This document shows, piece by piece, positions 52,167 through 61,036 of a stretch of DNA of 64,000 bases (positions within the stretch are counted from its first letter, which is position 1; every line of letters starts with the position of its first letter). This DNA comes from Guopingia tenuis (GTDB lineage: Bacteria > Bacillota > Clostridia > Christensenellales > Christensenellaceae), in assembly GCF_014384805.1 (NCBI RefSeq), contig NZ_JACRSS010000001.1:817037-881036 (forward strand), in the 5' to 3' direction. The notes under the pieces were generated by a model. The model was not told the origin of the DNA and did no database searches. It saw only the letters and a program-made list of their open reading frames with translations. Position numbers and translations under genes: made by a program.

Positions 52167-53780
52167 TTACCGTCCACCGTCCGCTGCACCCTTCGTCCCA
52201 TCACCCGCATTTCGCATTGTCTGCATTTGGGGCATAGCATCTTCCTTCACCTCCTCCCCTCCGGCGGCTTCCTGCATCTCCATGCGCCTCCGTGCGTCGG
52301 ATTCAATTTTTGCCTTGTTGGGAACCAGGTGCGCCGGAATGCTCTCCAGATATGTCACCGGCTCCAGCAATCCCTTCTCATAAAGGTTGTCCAGCGTCTG
52401 AATGTTGGACATCTCGCTCCAATAGGCCGAAGCCCCGATGTCCACGTTCAGGGAAAGCACCATATCCCCCAGCATGCTGAAATCCAGGGGAATCTCCTCC
52501 TGCTCTCCCGCCTCGCTGGTGGTCAGCACTGTGCGTTTCCCGTAATACGCCCGCATCTGGTCAATACAGATGCGCACAAAATCTTCCACAAACTGGTAAT
52601 ACGCCTGTTTCACCAGCTCCAGGGGCATCGCCGTCGCTTTCTGCACGGCGATAATGGCCGAGGTATTCTCCGGATTCACATTCCCCAGCGCCGCGTCGGA
52701 TGCTCCCATGAGCTCCTTCGTGTTCCCGATAAAGCGGTCGATGTATTCCCCAACCTGCCCGCTCATGTTCACAGCATGGGTATCCGCATAGATAATGTCG
52801 CTGGGATTCCCCTGCACAGCCAGGGGCTTTACTCCCTCCACCCATTTGTCCAGTTTGTTTTTGTTGAAGAAAATCCGTGGGAACGCCTGCTGCCGGATAA
52901 ACCGCTGGGCCAGCGCCGCCATTTTGTTGATGGCCATCTGGTTGGGGATCAGCCCATCGATCACGCCCATGCCGTGGTAGCAGTTCTTCACCCTTTCCCA
53001 GCTCATATAGCAGATGGGATACCGCTCCAGCCCGCTGTCCGTCTCTTTCTGCACAACCGCGTTGCGGGTCACTTTGCAGAACCGGATGTGGTCCCCCTCC
53101 CGCCAGTATTTTGTCAGCACGCTCACCTTGTCGCCATAGGTGTATTCGCTGGCAAGCGCGTCGTTTCTGGGGCAGTCGCTCTGGATCTTCTCGATCTCCG
53201 CCTTCGGCGCCCTGTTCCGCCGCATCTCCTCTTTCACGTCCTCGACGCTCCGCCGGCTCTCGATGAGGATATAGGGCTGCCGCTGCACGCCTGCCAACTG
53301 CGGGTTTCCAAAGAAAATATCCGTGTTGTCTATACTCTCAATTTCGATCAGTCCCTTTTCCCCGGCTCTCCCAGTTTTGGCATCGGCGTTAAAAAACACA
53401 TGTAAAACCCCGTCTCCGTCCACCGCCGCATCCCGCAGAATGCCCCGCATGGCCGAATGAAAGCCGCTGTATTCCATCACCTGCCGCACCTGCTCTTCCA
53501 CAGCCGTCAGTATCACCCGGTTCACGCCGTCGCTCTTCCGGTTAAAAAGCGAAAGCCCTACTCCTATATTGTCGGAAACCAGCATGGCGATAAAATAATT
53601 CACTACCCGTTTCAGGATGTTGAAAACCGGCTTGTCCAGGTCCGGCGCATTCACGCCCTCCCATTGCTTTCCCAAAAAGAAATTCTCGTTTTTCTCCACC
53701 CGGCTTTCCAGCCCGATGGTGTCATTGTATTGCAGGGCATATTCATATTCCTGCCAAATCTCCTGCGCCGTCTTTTTCAT
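52167..53780 (-). CDS. Phage portal protein, 537 aa
   Basis: Size and position after terL. Sequence character matches portal proteins of the SPP1-gp6-like type. Confidence 0.75.
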   Translation of the reverse strand: MKKTAQEIWQEYEYALQYNDTIGLESRVEKNENFFLGKQWEGVNAPDLDKPVFNILKRVVNYFIAMLVSDNIGVGLSLFNRKSDGVNRVILTAVEEQVRQVMEYSGFHSAMRGILRDAAVDGDGVLHVFFNADAKTGRAGEKGLIEIESIDNTDIFFGNPQLAGVQRQPYILIESRRSVEDVKEEMRRNRAPKAEIEKIQSDCPRNDALASEYTYGDKVSVLTKYWREGDHIRFCKVTRNAVVQKETDSGLERYPICYMSWERVKNCYHGMGVIDGLIPNQMAINKMAALAQRFIRQQAFPRIFFNKNKLDKWVEGVKPLAVQGNPSDIIYADTHAVNMSGQVGEYIDRFIGNTKELMGASDAALGNVNPENTSAIIAVQKATAMPLELVKQAYYQFVEDFVRICIDQMRAYYGKRTVLTTSEAGEQEEIPLDFSMLGDMVLSLNVDIGASAYWSEMSNIQTLDNLYEKGLLEPVTYLESIPAHLVPNKAKIESDARRRMEMQEAAGGEEVKEDAMPQMQTMRNAGDGTKGAADGGR

Positions 53781-54031
53781 CCGTCCTGCTCCTCATCGCT
53801 ATTGGCCACCGTGTTTCCATAATTGGCGATTTCCTGAAACTGCCGCTGTTCCTCCCGCATAAAAGCCTCCCAGGCCTCGTTGTCCTCCCGGGTCTGTTCC
53901 AGGGCCGCCCGAATCTCCCGGCGAACCTCCTCCGTCTCTCGGGCCGTCCGGCCCGCCTGATAGGCCATCGCCCCCAAAACTCCGGCACAAAGCAGCAGCA
54001 CCGCCCCCATCGCTAATAAAATCCCTTCCAT
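53777..54031 (-). CDS. Small phage membrane protein, 84 aa
   Basis: Single TM (ILLAMGAVLLLCAGVLGAMAY) plus an acidic tail. Lies between terL and the portal gene. Confidence 0.35.
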   Translation of the reverse strand: MEGILLAMGAVLLLCAGVLGAMAYQAGRTARETEEVRREIRAALEQTREDNEAWEAFMREEQRQFQEIANYGNTVANSDEEQDG

Positions 54032-54048
54032 ATTCTCTTCTCTCCTTC

Positions 54049-55491
54049 CTATCGGCATCCATATTCCAACATATCCTCCACCTGGTCGTAATATCCCTCT
54101 GTCTCCGGATCGGGCATCCCTCCGCCCCCGCAGGGCCGGAGAACAAACAGGTATCGCAGGGCGTCCGGCGCATGCGTCAGCTCATGTGGCTCCCGGGCAC
54201 AGTCCCCGGGAATTTTGGGATCCCGCGGAATCGCCGCCAGGGTGCGGATCAGGTTTTCGCAGCAGGAGAAAATCCGCAGCTTTGCGGTTTTCCTTCCCTC
54301 CCCATCCTCCTGGATACGCAGCCAGTCCTGCAAATTCGCCCATCCTGCCGTCCGGTTGTTGTCGGATTTTTCAAAACTCATGCCATAATCTGCAAAAATG
54401 TCGCTCCGTGCCCGTCCGCTTTCCTGGCTCCGCCCGAAAATGTCCGGCGGCGCATAGCGGGTATAAATCTCTTCTCCCGCTTCCGCTTCTTTCATCCGCT
54501 CCGCCGCCTCGGGAATCGTGAGGTTCGCCTCATAAACCTCACGGTATACATACGCGTTGTCCTCATTGTCAAAGGCCACCCAATAACTGGCCAGCATGTC
54601 CAGGCCATAGTCGATGGTGTGATACCGCCTCCAATCCTTGGGAATCACAAAGGGCTTCATCACATGGATGTGCCGGCGAAACTCCCCAAAAAATGCGCCC
54701 CGGGCCGCCTGCATAGCCTCCTCCGGCGAGGCCGGATATTCCCCATATACCCGCTCCCCCAGCAGCCACTTTGTCCGTTCATACCAGGCCCCGTCCCGCC
54801 GGGGATCGCTGTCCCAGGGAAGAAAGATGTGGTGAAATTCCCGGTTGCTTTTCCATATTTTTTCAAAGAAGCTCCCCGGCGCCATGGTGGAAAGCCCGAT
54901 CACCTTCCCGCCCGTCGGGCGGTTGATCACCGGCAGCCCCGAAACCCAGATTTCCTCCGCATGCTGCTGATAGGCCCATTCGTCAAAAATCAGGAGATTT
55001 GCCGTAAAGGAGCGGGAAGATCCGGGCGCCGATGTAAACGTCTGAAATCGGCTGGGCTCTCTCCCCTTCCTCCCGATTTTTGCCCCCATCGTCCAAAGCC
55101 GGCTCTCAAAAAAAGGCTCTCCCTGGGCACTCTGGCCAAAATACTCCGGCATATGGCGGATGAGCACTCCCATGCGCCGTGCCAGCTCCTTTGCTTCTAC
55201 CTCCGTGCGGGATAGGGCGGCCACCGTCCTCCCTTCCCCGGTCATCATGGTATACAACGCATACGCCAGCACCATCCATGTGATCCCCATCTGCCGCGCC
55301 TTTAAAATGACGTTAAACTTGTGTTCGTGAATCTCCCGGAGCGCCTGCCGCTGCTTTTCCCATAGCCGGAAAGGAATCGCCCTCCCGGTATCCTTGTCCT
55401 CAATCCAGCAGTATCTTTCGGCAAAATAATCCGGATGCTCCCGGATATACTCCAATTCCTCCTCCCGCTGTCTTTCAAGGATTTCCCGCAT
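54049..55491 (-). CDS. terL: Terminase large subunit, 480 aa
   Basis: Terminase_6-type N-terminal ATPase (ARQMGITWMV Walker-A-like, LLIFDEWAY Walker B). C-terminal RNaseH-like nuclease. Confidence 0.85.
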   Translation of the reverse strand: MREILERQREEELEYIREHPDYFAERYCWIEDKDTGRAIPFRLWEKQRQALREIHEHKFNVILKARQMGITWMVLAYALYTMMTGEGRTVAALSRTEVEAKELARRMGVLIRHMPEYFGQSAQGEPFFESRLWTMGAKIGRKGREPSRFQTFTSAPGSSRSFTANLLIFDEWAYQQHAEEIWVSGLPVINRPTGGKVIGLSTMAPGSFFEKIWKSNREFHHIFLPWDSDPRRDGAWYERTKWLLGERVYGEYPASPEEAMQAARGAFFGEFRRHIHVMKPFVIPKDWRRYHTIDYGLDMLASYWVAFDNEDNAYVYREVYEANLTIPEAAERMKEAEAGEEIYTRYAPPDIFGRSQESGRARSDIFADYGMSFEKSDNNRTAGWANLQDWLRIQEDGEGRKTAKLRIFSCCENLIRTLAAIPRDPKIPGDCAREPHELTHAPDALRYLFVLRPCGGGGMPDPETEGYYDQVEDMLEYGCR

Positions 55492-55909
55492 GCCGTTCCG
55501 CCGCCTTTTCTAACAGCCGTCTGTCCCCCTCGCTCAATCCAATGCCCTCTTCCCCGGGGATTGGCTGTCCTTCCATCCTCCCTAAAATTTCCAAAGCCTT
55601 CAATTTGGAATACATTTTATAGCTCACCCCGCCGTCCTTCTGGATATTCACCGTCTCGATCACCCGCCGGGCCCGGGGCTTCATCTCGCTGACCGCCCGG
55701 GGAACCTGCCGCAGCTCTCCATCGATCTCCTCTGTTTTCACATATTCCTTGGGATCCTGAAAGGCAATGGCCTCCAATTCCCGAAAAATCCGGCGCCGGA
55801 TCTTCGGTTCGCCTTTTTCCCGGTTCTGTTTTGCCTCCTCCATATCTCCTCCTTGTCTTTTCATCCGTTCCCGCCGCCCTCCCGCGGCTGTCTTATCTCC
55901 CGTCCGCAT
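55475..55909 (-). CDS. terS: Terminase small subunit, 144 aa
   Basis: Small basic/acidic helical protein immediately upstream of terL and overlapping it. Confidence 0.55.
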   Translation of the reverse strand: MRTGDKTAAGGRRERMKRQGGDMEEAKQNREKGEPKIRRRIFRELEAIAFQDPKEYVKTEEIDGELRQVPRAVSEMKPRARRVIETVNIQKDGGVSYKMYSKLKALEILGRMEGQPIPGEEGIGLSEGDRRLLEKAAERHAGNP

Positions 55910-56460
55910 TCATATTGTAAAAAATTTCCATGTCCCCCCGGTGCTGATTTTCTTCCCAAAGCATTGCCCTCTATAAAAACTCTCTTTCCGGCCTGCCTCT
56001 TTTTATTTGCCAAAAAAGCGCCGCCCCTCGAAAATATATTTGGCTTTGCTGCCTGCGCGGTAAAAAATTACATCCTATCTATATCCTGTCCATTTGCTGT
56101 CCCCGGCTTTGATACAGGTGGCTATCCCACCCATTTGTTTCCGGCCCTAACTATTCTCTCGCATCATTTTCGTTCAGGTCCCTGAAAAAAGAAAAGCCGC
56201 CGCCTTTCTCTGTCCTCCCATAAAAATATGGAAGCATGAAACAGCTTTACGGAGCCTTGCAGGCCGCTGTCAAAAACGTCCTGTCCCCGCGGGCTTTCTC
56301 CTGGCCGCTCTCCTTATTCCAATCTCCCTGGAAAAGAAATGCGCTTCCCGATTCTTCTCCTGCCAGCCTCCCGCCCCTTGGGATTCTCTATCCGTCCGCC
56401 ATTTTTAACATAAAAAACAGACGCACATCCTCCCGTGCGTCTGCTCTCTCTTTCCCGGCC

Positions 56461-56832
56461 CTAAGCTCCCCGCTTTTTCTCATCCAATATCCGGTAAAAC
56501 TGCCGCCGTATGCGATAGAAGGTTTCCCGTCCGCAGGGAACATCCAGCCGTTCCCAGGGCACCTCTTCCATCACGTTGCGCAAAAGCTCTCCCGCCATCA
56601 CGCCGCCTGCCTGCCGGGCGGCTTCTTCCACCATCCGAATATCCCGCCGGTACTGCGCCGCCCGCAACAGCTCCCGCCTCTCTGGCCGCATGTTCTTCCT
56701 CCAGGCCCATTTCTCCTGTATTTTCTGCAGTCCGGCTATCTTTTCCCCGTGCTGGCGAACAAAGCTCTCCAGCTCCCGAAAACGATATTTGCTGATACCG
56801 TATTCCTCCAGCCGCAATGGCCGTTTCCTCAT
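56461..56832 (-). CDS. Putative phage late-gene transcriptional activator (RinA/ArpU/Xpf-like), 123 aa
   Basis: Position directly upstream of the packaging module. A C-terminal region plausibly forms an HTH. Its start overlaps the upstream stop (ATGA). Confidence 0.35.
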   Translation of the reverse strand: MRKRPLRLEEYGISKYRFRELESFVRQHGEKIAGLQKIQEKWAWRKNMRPERRELLRAAQYRRDIRMVEEAARQAGGVMAGELLRNVMEEVPWERLDVPCGRETFYRIRRQFYRILDEKKRGA

Positions 56833-57026
56833 TTCCGCCGCACCTCCCTTCGGAATTTTGGGCACGCCGTCACAAAATATCCCTCGCACTCGTCCTCCGC
56901 CTGCGGTTCCTTCACCGTCCACCCGGGCACTGGTTGAAAATTCCGGCTCCATTCGCATCCCCTCCCCTTGTGGTTGGGAACGGCATTTTCACACTGCCAG
57001 CATAACGTCTCTCTTCTCTTTCCCAT
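56829..57026 (-). CDS. Small Cys-rich (zinc-finger-like) phage protein, 65 aa
   Basis: CWQCEN...GRGCEWS spacing of Cys residues. Confidence 0.35.
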   Translation of the reverse strand: MGKRRETLCWQCENAVPNHKGRGCEWSRNFQPVPGWTVKEPQAEDECEGYFVTACPKFRREVRRK

Positions 57027-57045
57027 ATTTCCCTCTGCTCTCGTC

Positions 57046-57276
57046 TCATCTCTGCTCTTCCTGTCCCGCGGTCTGCTCCCGGATGTGCAGAAGCGATAGA
57101 ACCTCCCGCCCATTCATGGCGCTTACGCACCCATAGCAGTATTCCCGCCTGCTTATGGTGTAATAGCTTTCGCCTTCTGCAATCCCCTCGCCGCATCCCG
57201 CGCAGCTCTGCCAAATCTCCGTGGGCCGCGCCGTTCCCCATCGTTCCCGGCGCTCAATCTCAGGTGCGTCCCGCAT
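57046..57276 (-). CDS. Small zinc-ribbon phage protein, 76 aa
   Basis: CAGCGE...YCYGC. Confidence 0.35.
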   Translation of the reverse strand: MRDAPEIERRERWGTARPTEIWQSCAGCGEGIAEGESYYTISRREYCYGCVSAMNGREVLSLLHIREQTAGQEEQR

Positions 57277-57415
57277 TCCTGTCCATGCGCTCTGCCCGCC
57301 ATAACCGCCGCCACAGAGCCGTTCTCTCTTCCGCTTCTTTGAGCCTCTCCTCCAATTCCAAATTTTTAGCCGCGATCTTACAGATCGTTTGTTCCAATTC
57401 CCGTTTCTCGTCCAT
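57260..57415 (-). CDS. Small coiled-coil protein, 51 aa; below the ORF-track cutoff
   Basis: Strong RBS ATAGGAGGACGAT then ATG. Translation MDEKRELEQTICKIAAKNLELEERLKEAEERTALWRRLW.... Confidence 0.35.
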   Translation of the reverse strand: MDEKRELEQTICKIAAKNLELEERLKEAEERTALWRRLWRAERMDRNAGRT

Positions 57416-57428
57416 ATCGTCCTCCTAT

Positions 57429-57457
57429 ATCACATATTGTGATTTTATATTATCACA
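57429..57457. promoter_or_regulatory. Operator-like array ATCACA-tat-TGTGAT-tttatatt-ATCACA at the boundary of the phage-like cluster
   Basis: Three 6-bp half-sites in inverted orientation, immediately upstream of the first minus-strand small gene and in the divergent region to the plus-strand membrane gene at 57588. Confidence 0.4.
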
Positions 57458-57587
57458 ATTCGTGGCCAATGTCAACAATTTATCACTTCTTGTTGTATTT
57501 CCCGCCACACATTTTTCTTTTTCCCTCATACTATATTTTATAGGGGATATTTCCATAAAATCTTATCCCCGGAAAGCGAGAAATCCC

Positions 57588-58013
57588 ATGAAACACCATC
57601 GCCTTTATTTCTGGCTGGCCATGTTCCTCTCTCTGGCAATCGCCTGTTTTTATACATTTTGGTCGGTGGGAACGGCCTGGCTGCCTTCCCCTCTCGGCTT
57701 TTTCCTGCTTTGGGGCTATTCCCTTTTATCCCTTGCCGTCTTCGTATTTCTCCATATCTACGCATCCTCCGGCCGCTCTCTCGGGCTGGTGGCCGCTCTG
57801 CGGCGCCAGAAGCATTGCCTCGTTTTGGGGCTGTGGGGAACTCTTGTCTTTTCCTTCCTCTATCTCTTTCTTGCCTCCATCGGCTTTATTCTGCGCACCC
57901 TCCTCGCCTTTTTCTGCGTGGCTTCCTCCGCCCTGCTCCTCATCTCCCAAATCTTCCTTACAATCGATCTCACAAGGGGCATCGCTCCCGGTTTCTTGGA
58001 AGAAGACGATTAA
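57588..58013 (+). CDS. Integral membrane protein with 4 TM helices, 141 aa
   Basis: Four hydrophobic helices. The ORF-track start at 57264 is an upstream extension. Confidence 0.45.
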   Translation: MKHHRLYFWLAMFLSLAIACFYTFWSVGTAWLPSPLGFFLLWGYSLLSLAVFVFLHIYASSGRSLGLVAALRRQKHCLVLGLWGTLVFSFLYLFLASIGFILRTLLAFFCVASSALLLISQIFLTIDLTRGIAPGFLEEDD

Positions 58014-58031
58014 ACTCCTCCCCTTGCTTTT

Positions 58032-58060
58032 TTGACACGCCTCCCGCCGCTTTGTATAAT
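58032..58060 (+). promoter_or_regulatory. Consensus sigma-A promoter with extended -10
   Basis: TTGACA-17 nt-TATAAT preceded by TG, 23 nt upstream of the ATG at 58083. Confidence 0.6.
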
Positions 58061-58082
58061 AAGGGCATATGAGGTGAAACTT

Positions 58083-58325
58083 ATGAAGGATACATCCCCA
58101 AAGAGACAGGATAACCATGCTCTTGCCCAGCCCCCCGAAATTTTGGAGGCGGCTGCAAAGGTGCTGGCGTCGGCAAAAAAGCTCTATCTCCATATCGCCT
58201 TTCATGATTCCAAAGCCCCCTATGTGGAATCACGGCTTCAGGAAAATATTTCCCGTCTGCAAAAGGACCTGGATGCCTTTGCCCGGCAGGCGGAAAAACT
58301 CCCCCGGCGCGGCGGACGGAAATAA
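58083..58325 (+). CDS. Small hypothetical protein, 80 aa
   Basis: RBS GAGGTGA. Helical and basic at the C-terminus. Confidence 0.45.
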   Translation: MKDTSPKRQDNHALAQPPEILEAAAKVLASAKKLYLHIAFHDSKAPYVESRLQENISRLQKDLDAFARQAEKLPRRGGRK

Positions 58326-58345
58326 TTTCCGCCAATCCTCGTCAT

Positions 58346-58426
58346 TTTCCCGGGAAATATTTCATTATTTCCCAGGAAAACCCTTTTTATTTCCGGCTGT
58401 TTTCGACAAGTATTTCCCATTTCCCG
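58346..58426. repeat. Cluster of TTTCCC(N)GGAAA-type palindromic motifs
   Basis: TTTCCCGGGAAA (58346-58357, a perfect 12-bp palindrome), TTTCCCAGGAAA (58368-58379), then TTTCCGG, TTTCCC and TTTCCC further on. Confidence 0.4.
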
Positions 58427-58515
58427 TCCGCAGCAGAAAACAGGAATTTTTTTATTTTCGGCGAATATATATATTATAGGGATAGAATACATGGGAATAA
58501 GCGAGGTGTGGAAAC

Positions 58516-58698
58516 ATGGCAAACCATCCTTTTCATGATCCTGTTATGGAATCCACAAGCCGTCTGTTGTTTTATGTGGGCGATGCCGGTTCTCTGATGG
58601 AAAATTATCCCGGTATATTCACCCAGGCCTATCTGGATTCCGTGAAGCAAGAGCTTCTGGCAAGAAATCTCCCGGTGGAGACCCCGCCGGTTTCCTAG
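58516..58698 (+). CDS. Small hypothetical protein, 60 aa
   Basis: RBS GAGGTG. Followed by a terminator. Confidence 0.35.
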   Translation: MANHPFHDPVMESTSRLLFYVGDAGSLMENYPGIFTQAYLDSVKQELLARNLPVETPPVS

Positions 58699-58713
58699 CA
58701 ATGCGTCTCATTG

Positions 58714-58750
58714 CAAAAAAATTCCCAGCGAAAATCGCTGGGAATTTTTA
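58714..58750. terminator. Bidirectional terminator
   Basis: AAAAAAA-TTCCCAGCG-aaaat-CGCTGGGAA-TTTTT. Confidence 0.5.
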
Positions 58751-58912
58751 TACCGCATAAATTCGTTTTTTCCACATACCCTACTATCGACAAGGTCGCG
58801 GCAAATCTTCAAAACATCGCCCGCCGGGCATGCTCCGCGTCCCTTGTATAGACGGGCCCGCGCCCGTCTTTTTACTGCCGGCTTGCGCAGCAGAAAAGAT
58901 AGAGAAATAATC

Positions 58913-59263
58913 CTATCTGCCCAGCTTTTTCTTCTTCCCGATGCTGGGTTTGCGCACATAGGTGCGGTTGTAAAATACCGGTGCCACCAGATACATGACA
59001 ATCAGCAGGAGCACCAGCGTGATCAGCAGCAGGACAAACACCCGCAGCGTCCAGTCCGCGATATACGGCGCCAAAATGTCGTTCCCGTAAATGACAACCG
59101 CCACGCCGCCCAGCAATGCCAGGAAAAGCCGCATCCAGTAATAAAGCTTGCAGTCCCGCAGATCGATTTCATATCCGCATTTTTCGCAGGTCTGCCGGTC
59201 GGTGAAAGTGGTGCTCACATGAAACGGCATGCTGTTTTTACATTTCGGACAAATTATTTTCAT
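58913..59263 (-). CDS. Zinc-ribbon membrane protein, 116 aa
   Basis: N-terminal CPKC...CEKCG zinc ribbon followed by two TM helices. Confidence 0.5.
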   Translation of the reverse strand: MKIICPKCKNSMPFHVSTTFTDRQTCEKCGYEIDLRDCKLYYWMRLFLALLGGVAVVIYGNDILAPYIADWTLRVFVLLLITLVLLLIVMYLVAPVFYNRTYVRKPSIGKKKKLGR

Positions 59264-59436
59264 CGCGCTTGTGTTCCTCGTTTTTTATAGATTTATGGCT
59301 GTATCCATAGCGTCTCCTTACAAGGGTATCCTGTTTGTCCTGGTTTGTCAATCTTTTTTTCATCGATATCTTTTTTGTAAAATTCCGTCGGTTTTAGTAG
59401 AATAAAAACGAAAATATTTTTTCATTGCCAGAAAGG

Positions 59437-59859
59437 ATGGTTCCCTTGAAAAAACACTTTGTTTTCTGCGGTGTATTCCTTTTGTTCCTGCTTCTTTCCG
59501 CCTGTTCCCCTGCCGCTGTCTCCTCTTCCCCCGTTTCGCCTTCCAGTCTCTATGAGGATGTCTTTGAGCCGGAGGAATCTCTTCCCGCGGCTTCCGCTTC
59601 CCTTCCTTCTCCTTCGGCTTTCGGGGAACCGGCTCCGTCTCCCTCTCCTTCTCTTTCCGCGCAGCCGTCGCTCTCCCAGGTGCCGATGCCGTCGGAATCT
59701 GTCGCGGCCTCGGATCCGGTCTTTTGGGTTCCCAATGGAAAGGTTTATCATTCCACAAAATCCTGCGATTCCCTCTCCCGTTCCAAAACCATCAAAAGCG
59801 GTTCGGTGGAGGAGGCAAAAGCTGCCGGAAAATCCCGGGGCTGCAAACGCTGCTTTTAG
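59437..59859 (+). CDS. Putative lipoprotein with a Pro/Ser-rich linker and a Cys-containing C-terminal domain, 140 aa
   Basis: Lipobox LLSAC. The start is ambiguous between the TTG at 59425 and the ATG at 59437. Confidence 0.5.
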   Translation: MVPLKKHFVFCGVFLLFLLLSACSPAAVSSSPVSPSSLYEDVFEPEESLPAASASLPSPSAFGEPAPSPSPSLSAQPSLSQVPMPSESVAASDPVFWVPNGKVYHSTKSCDSLSRSKTIKSGSVEEAKAAGKSRGCKRCF

Positions 59860-59926
59860 CTGCATTCTCTCCGTATGTTTTCCCGGCAATCTGCCATACT
59901 AAATAAAAAACAGCGAGGTGATTGCC

Positions 59927-60082
59927 ATGACGCAAAAATTTGATGCAGAAACACAGCAGTATTTCAATACCCTGCCCGCTTTTCTTCAGGAAACCATCAT
60001 GCAGAGTGATGCGTCTTTCCAAAACAGGCAGGAAATGGAAAAATTTGTCCAAAATATGAATTCTGCCGGCCGTTCTTCCTGA
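59927..60082 (+). CDS. Small hypothetical protein, 51 aa
   Basis: RBS GAGGTGA. Followed by a strong terminator. Confidence 0.3.
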   Translation: MTQKFDAETQQYFNTLPAFLQETIMQSDASFQNRQEMEKFVQNMNSAGRSS

Positions 60083-60129
60083 ATGAAGGGATCGATTTGA
60101 ATGGGTGCAGCCAGCGCCCGCTTTTCCTG

Positions 60130-60167
60130 GAAAAAAACACGCCCTGTCAACGGGGCGTGTTTTTTTC
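60130..60167. terminator. Bidirectional terminator
   Basis: AAAAAA-CACGCCC-tgtcaac-GGGGCGTG-TTTTTTT. Confidence 0.6.
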
Positions 60168-60657
60168 TGCTGCGGTTATGATTTCCTCTTTTTCGCTTTG
60201 CGTAATCCATCCCCTGTCCACAGCGTTTTCCAAATGGCAGTTTTGGATCGCTCCGCCGTCATATAGCCGCGCCAGTGTCTCAAACATATGGGTCACCTCC
60301 CCTGTCTTTGTTCCCTCCTCCCCTCTTTTTTATACCTCCGCCGGGCATTCTTCCTGAACCACGACACCGCGGCTTTTTCAGGTCTTTTTTCTAAATCAGG
60401 CACACAAAGAACACCCCGGGGAAGAATCGTCCGCATCCATGATCTTCCGGCCTTATTCCAATGAACGCTTATATTGTCTTTGTTTATCTGAATGGAAGTG
60501 AAATGAAATCTTTAAAGAAGCAAATACATCGTCTGCTTTCCAGCCCTTCTTACACCGCTTCGGCGGCCTGTTTATGTGAAAAAGAAACACCCTCCCCGCG
60601 CCTTTCTGCCGTATTGCAAACCAAGGCATTTCTCCGGGGATTCCATGTCCTCTTTAT

Positions 60658-60918
60658 TCATTCGTCCTCTGTTTCTTTTCTGTTCTCCATCGCCGGCCCT
60701 TTCGCTCCTCCCGGGTATTCCTGAATTTCTTTGGGCGACATGTTCAAAGCGTCGCAAAAACAGAACAGCTCGTTGGCTTCCAGCCTCCTCTTTTTGTTGA
60801 GAATTCCCGAAATCTGCACAGGCGTCATCTCCACACGTTTGGCAAATTTTGCCTGCACCAATCCCCTGTCCTCAAAAATTTGCCGCAGATTATCACGAAT
60901 ATCGCTCACAAGCTTCAC
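60658..60918 (-). CDS. XRE-family HTH transcriptional regulator, 86 aa
   Basis: HTH_3 motif LVQAKFAKRVEMTPVQISGILN. Confidence 0.7.
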   Translation of the reverse strand: MKLVSDIRDNLRQIFEDRGLVQAKFAKRVEMTPVQISGILNKKRRLEANELFCFCDALNMSPKEIQEYPGGAKGPAMENRKETEDE

Positions 60919-60956
60919 CTCCTTTTACTGATATTTTCGGTATATTTATACTACTA

Positions 60957-60971
60957 CTGAATTTTTCAGTT
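60957..60971. promoter_or_regulatory. 15-bp perfect palindrome ACTGAATTTTTCAGT in the divergent intergenic region between the two XRE genes
   Basis: Candidate operator. A promoter-like TGgTATACT (extended -10) lies downstream toward the plus-strand XRE gene. Confidence 0.35.
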
Positions 60972-61036
60972 GTCAAGTATTTTCATTTCTTTCTTCTTGC
61001 AAATATGGTATACTAGATAAAAAGGAGAGTACCGTT

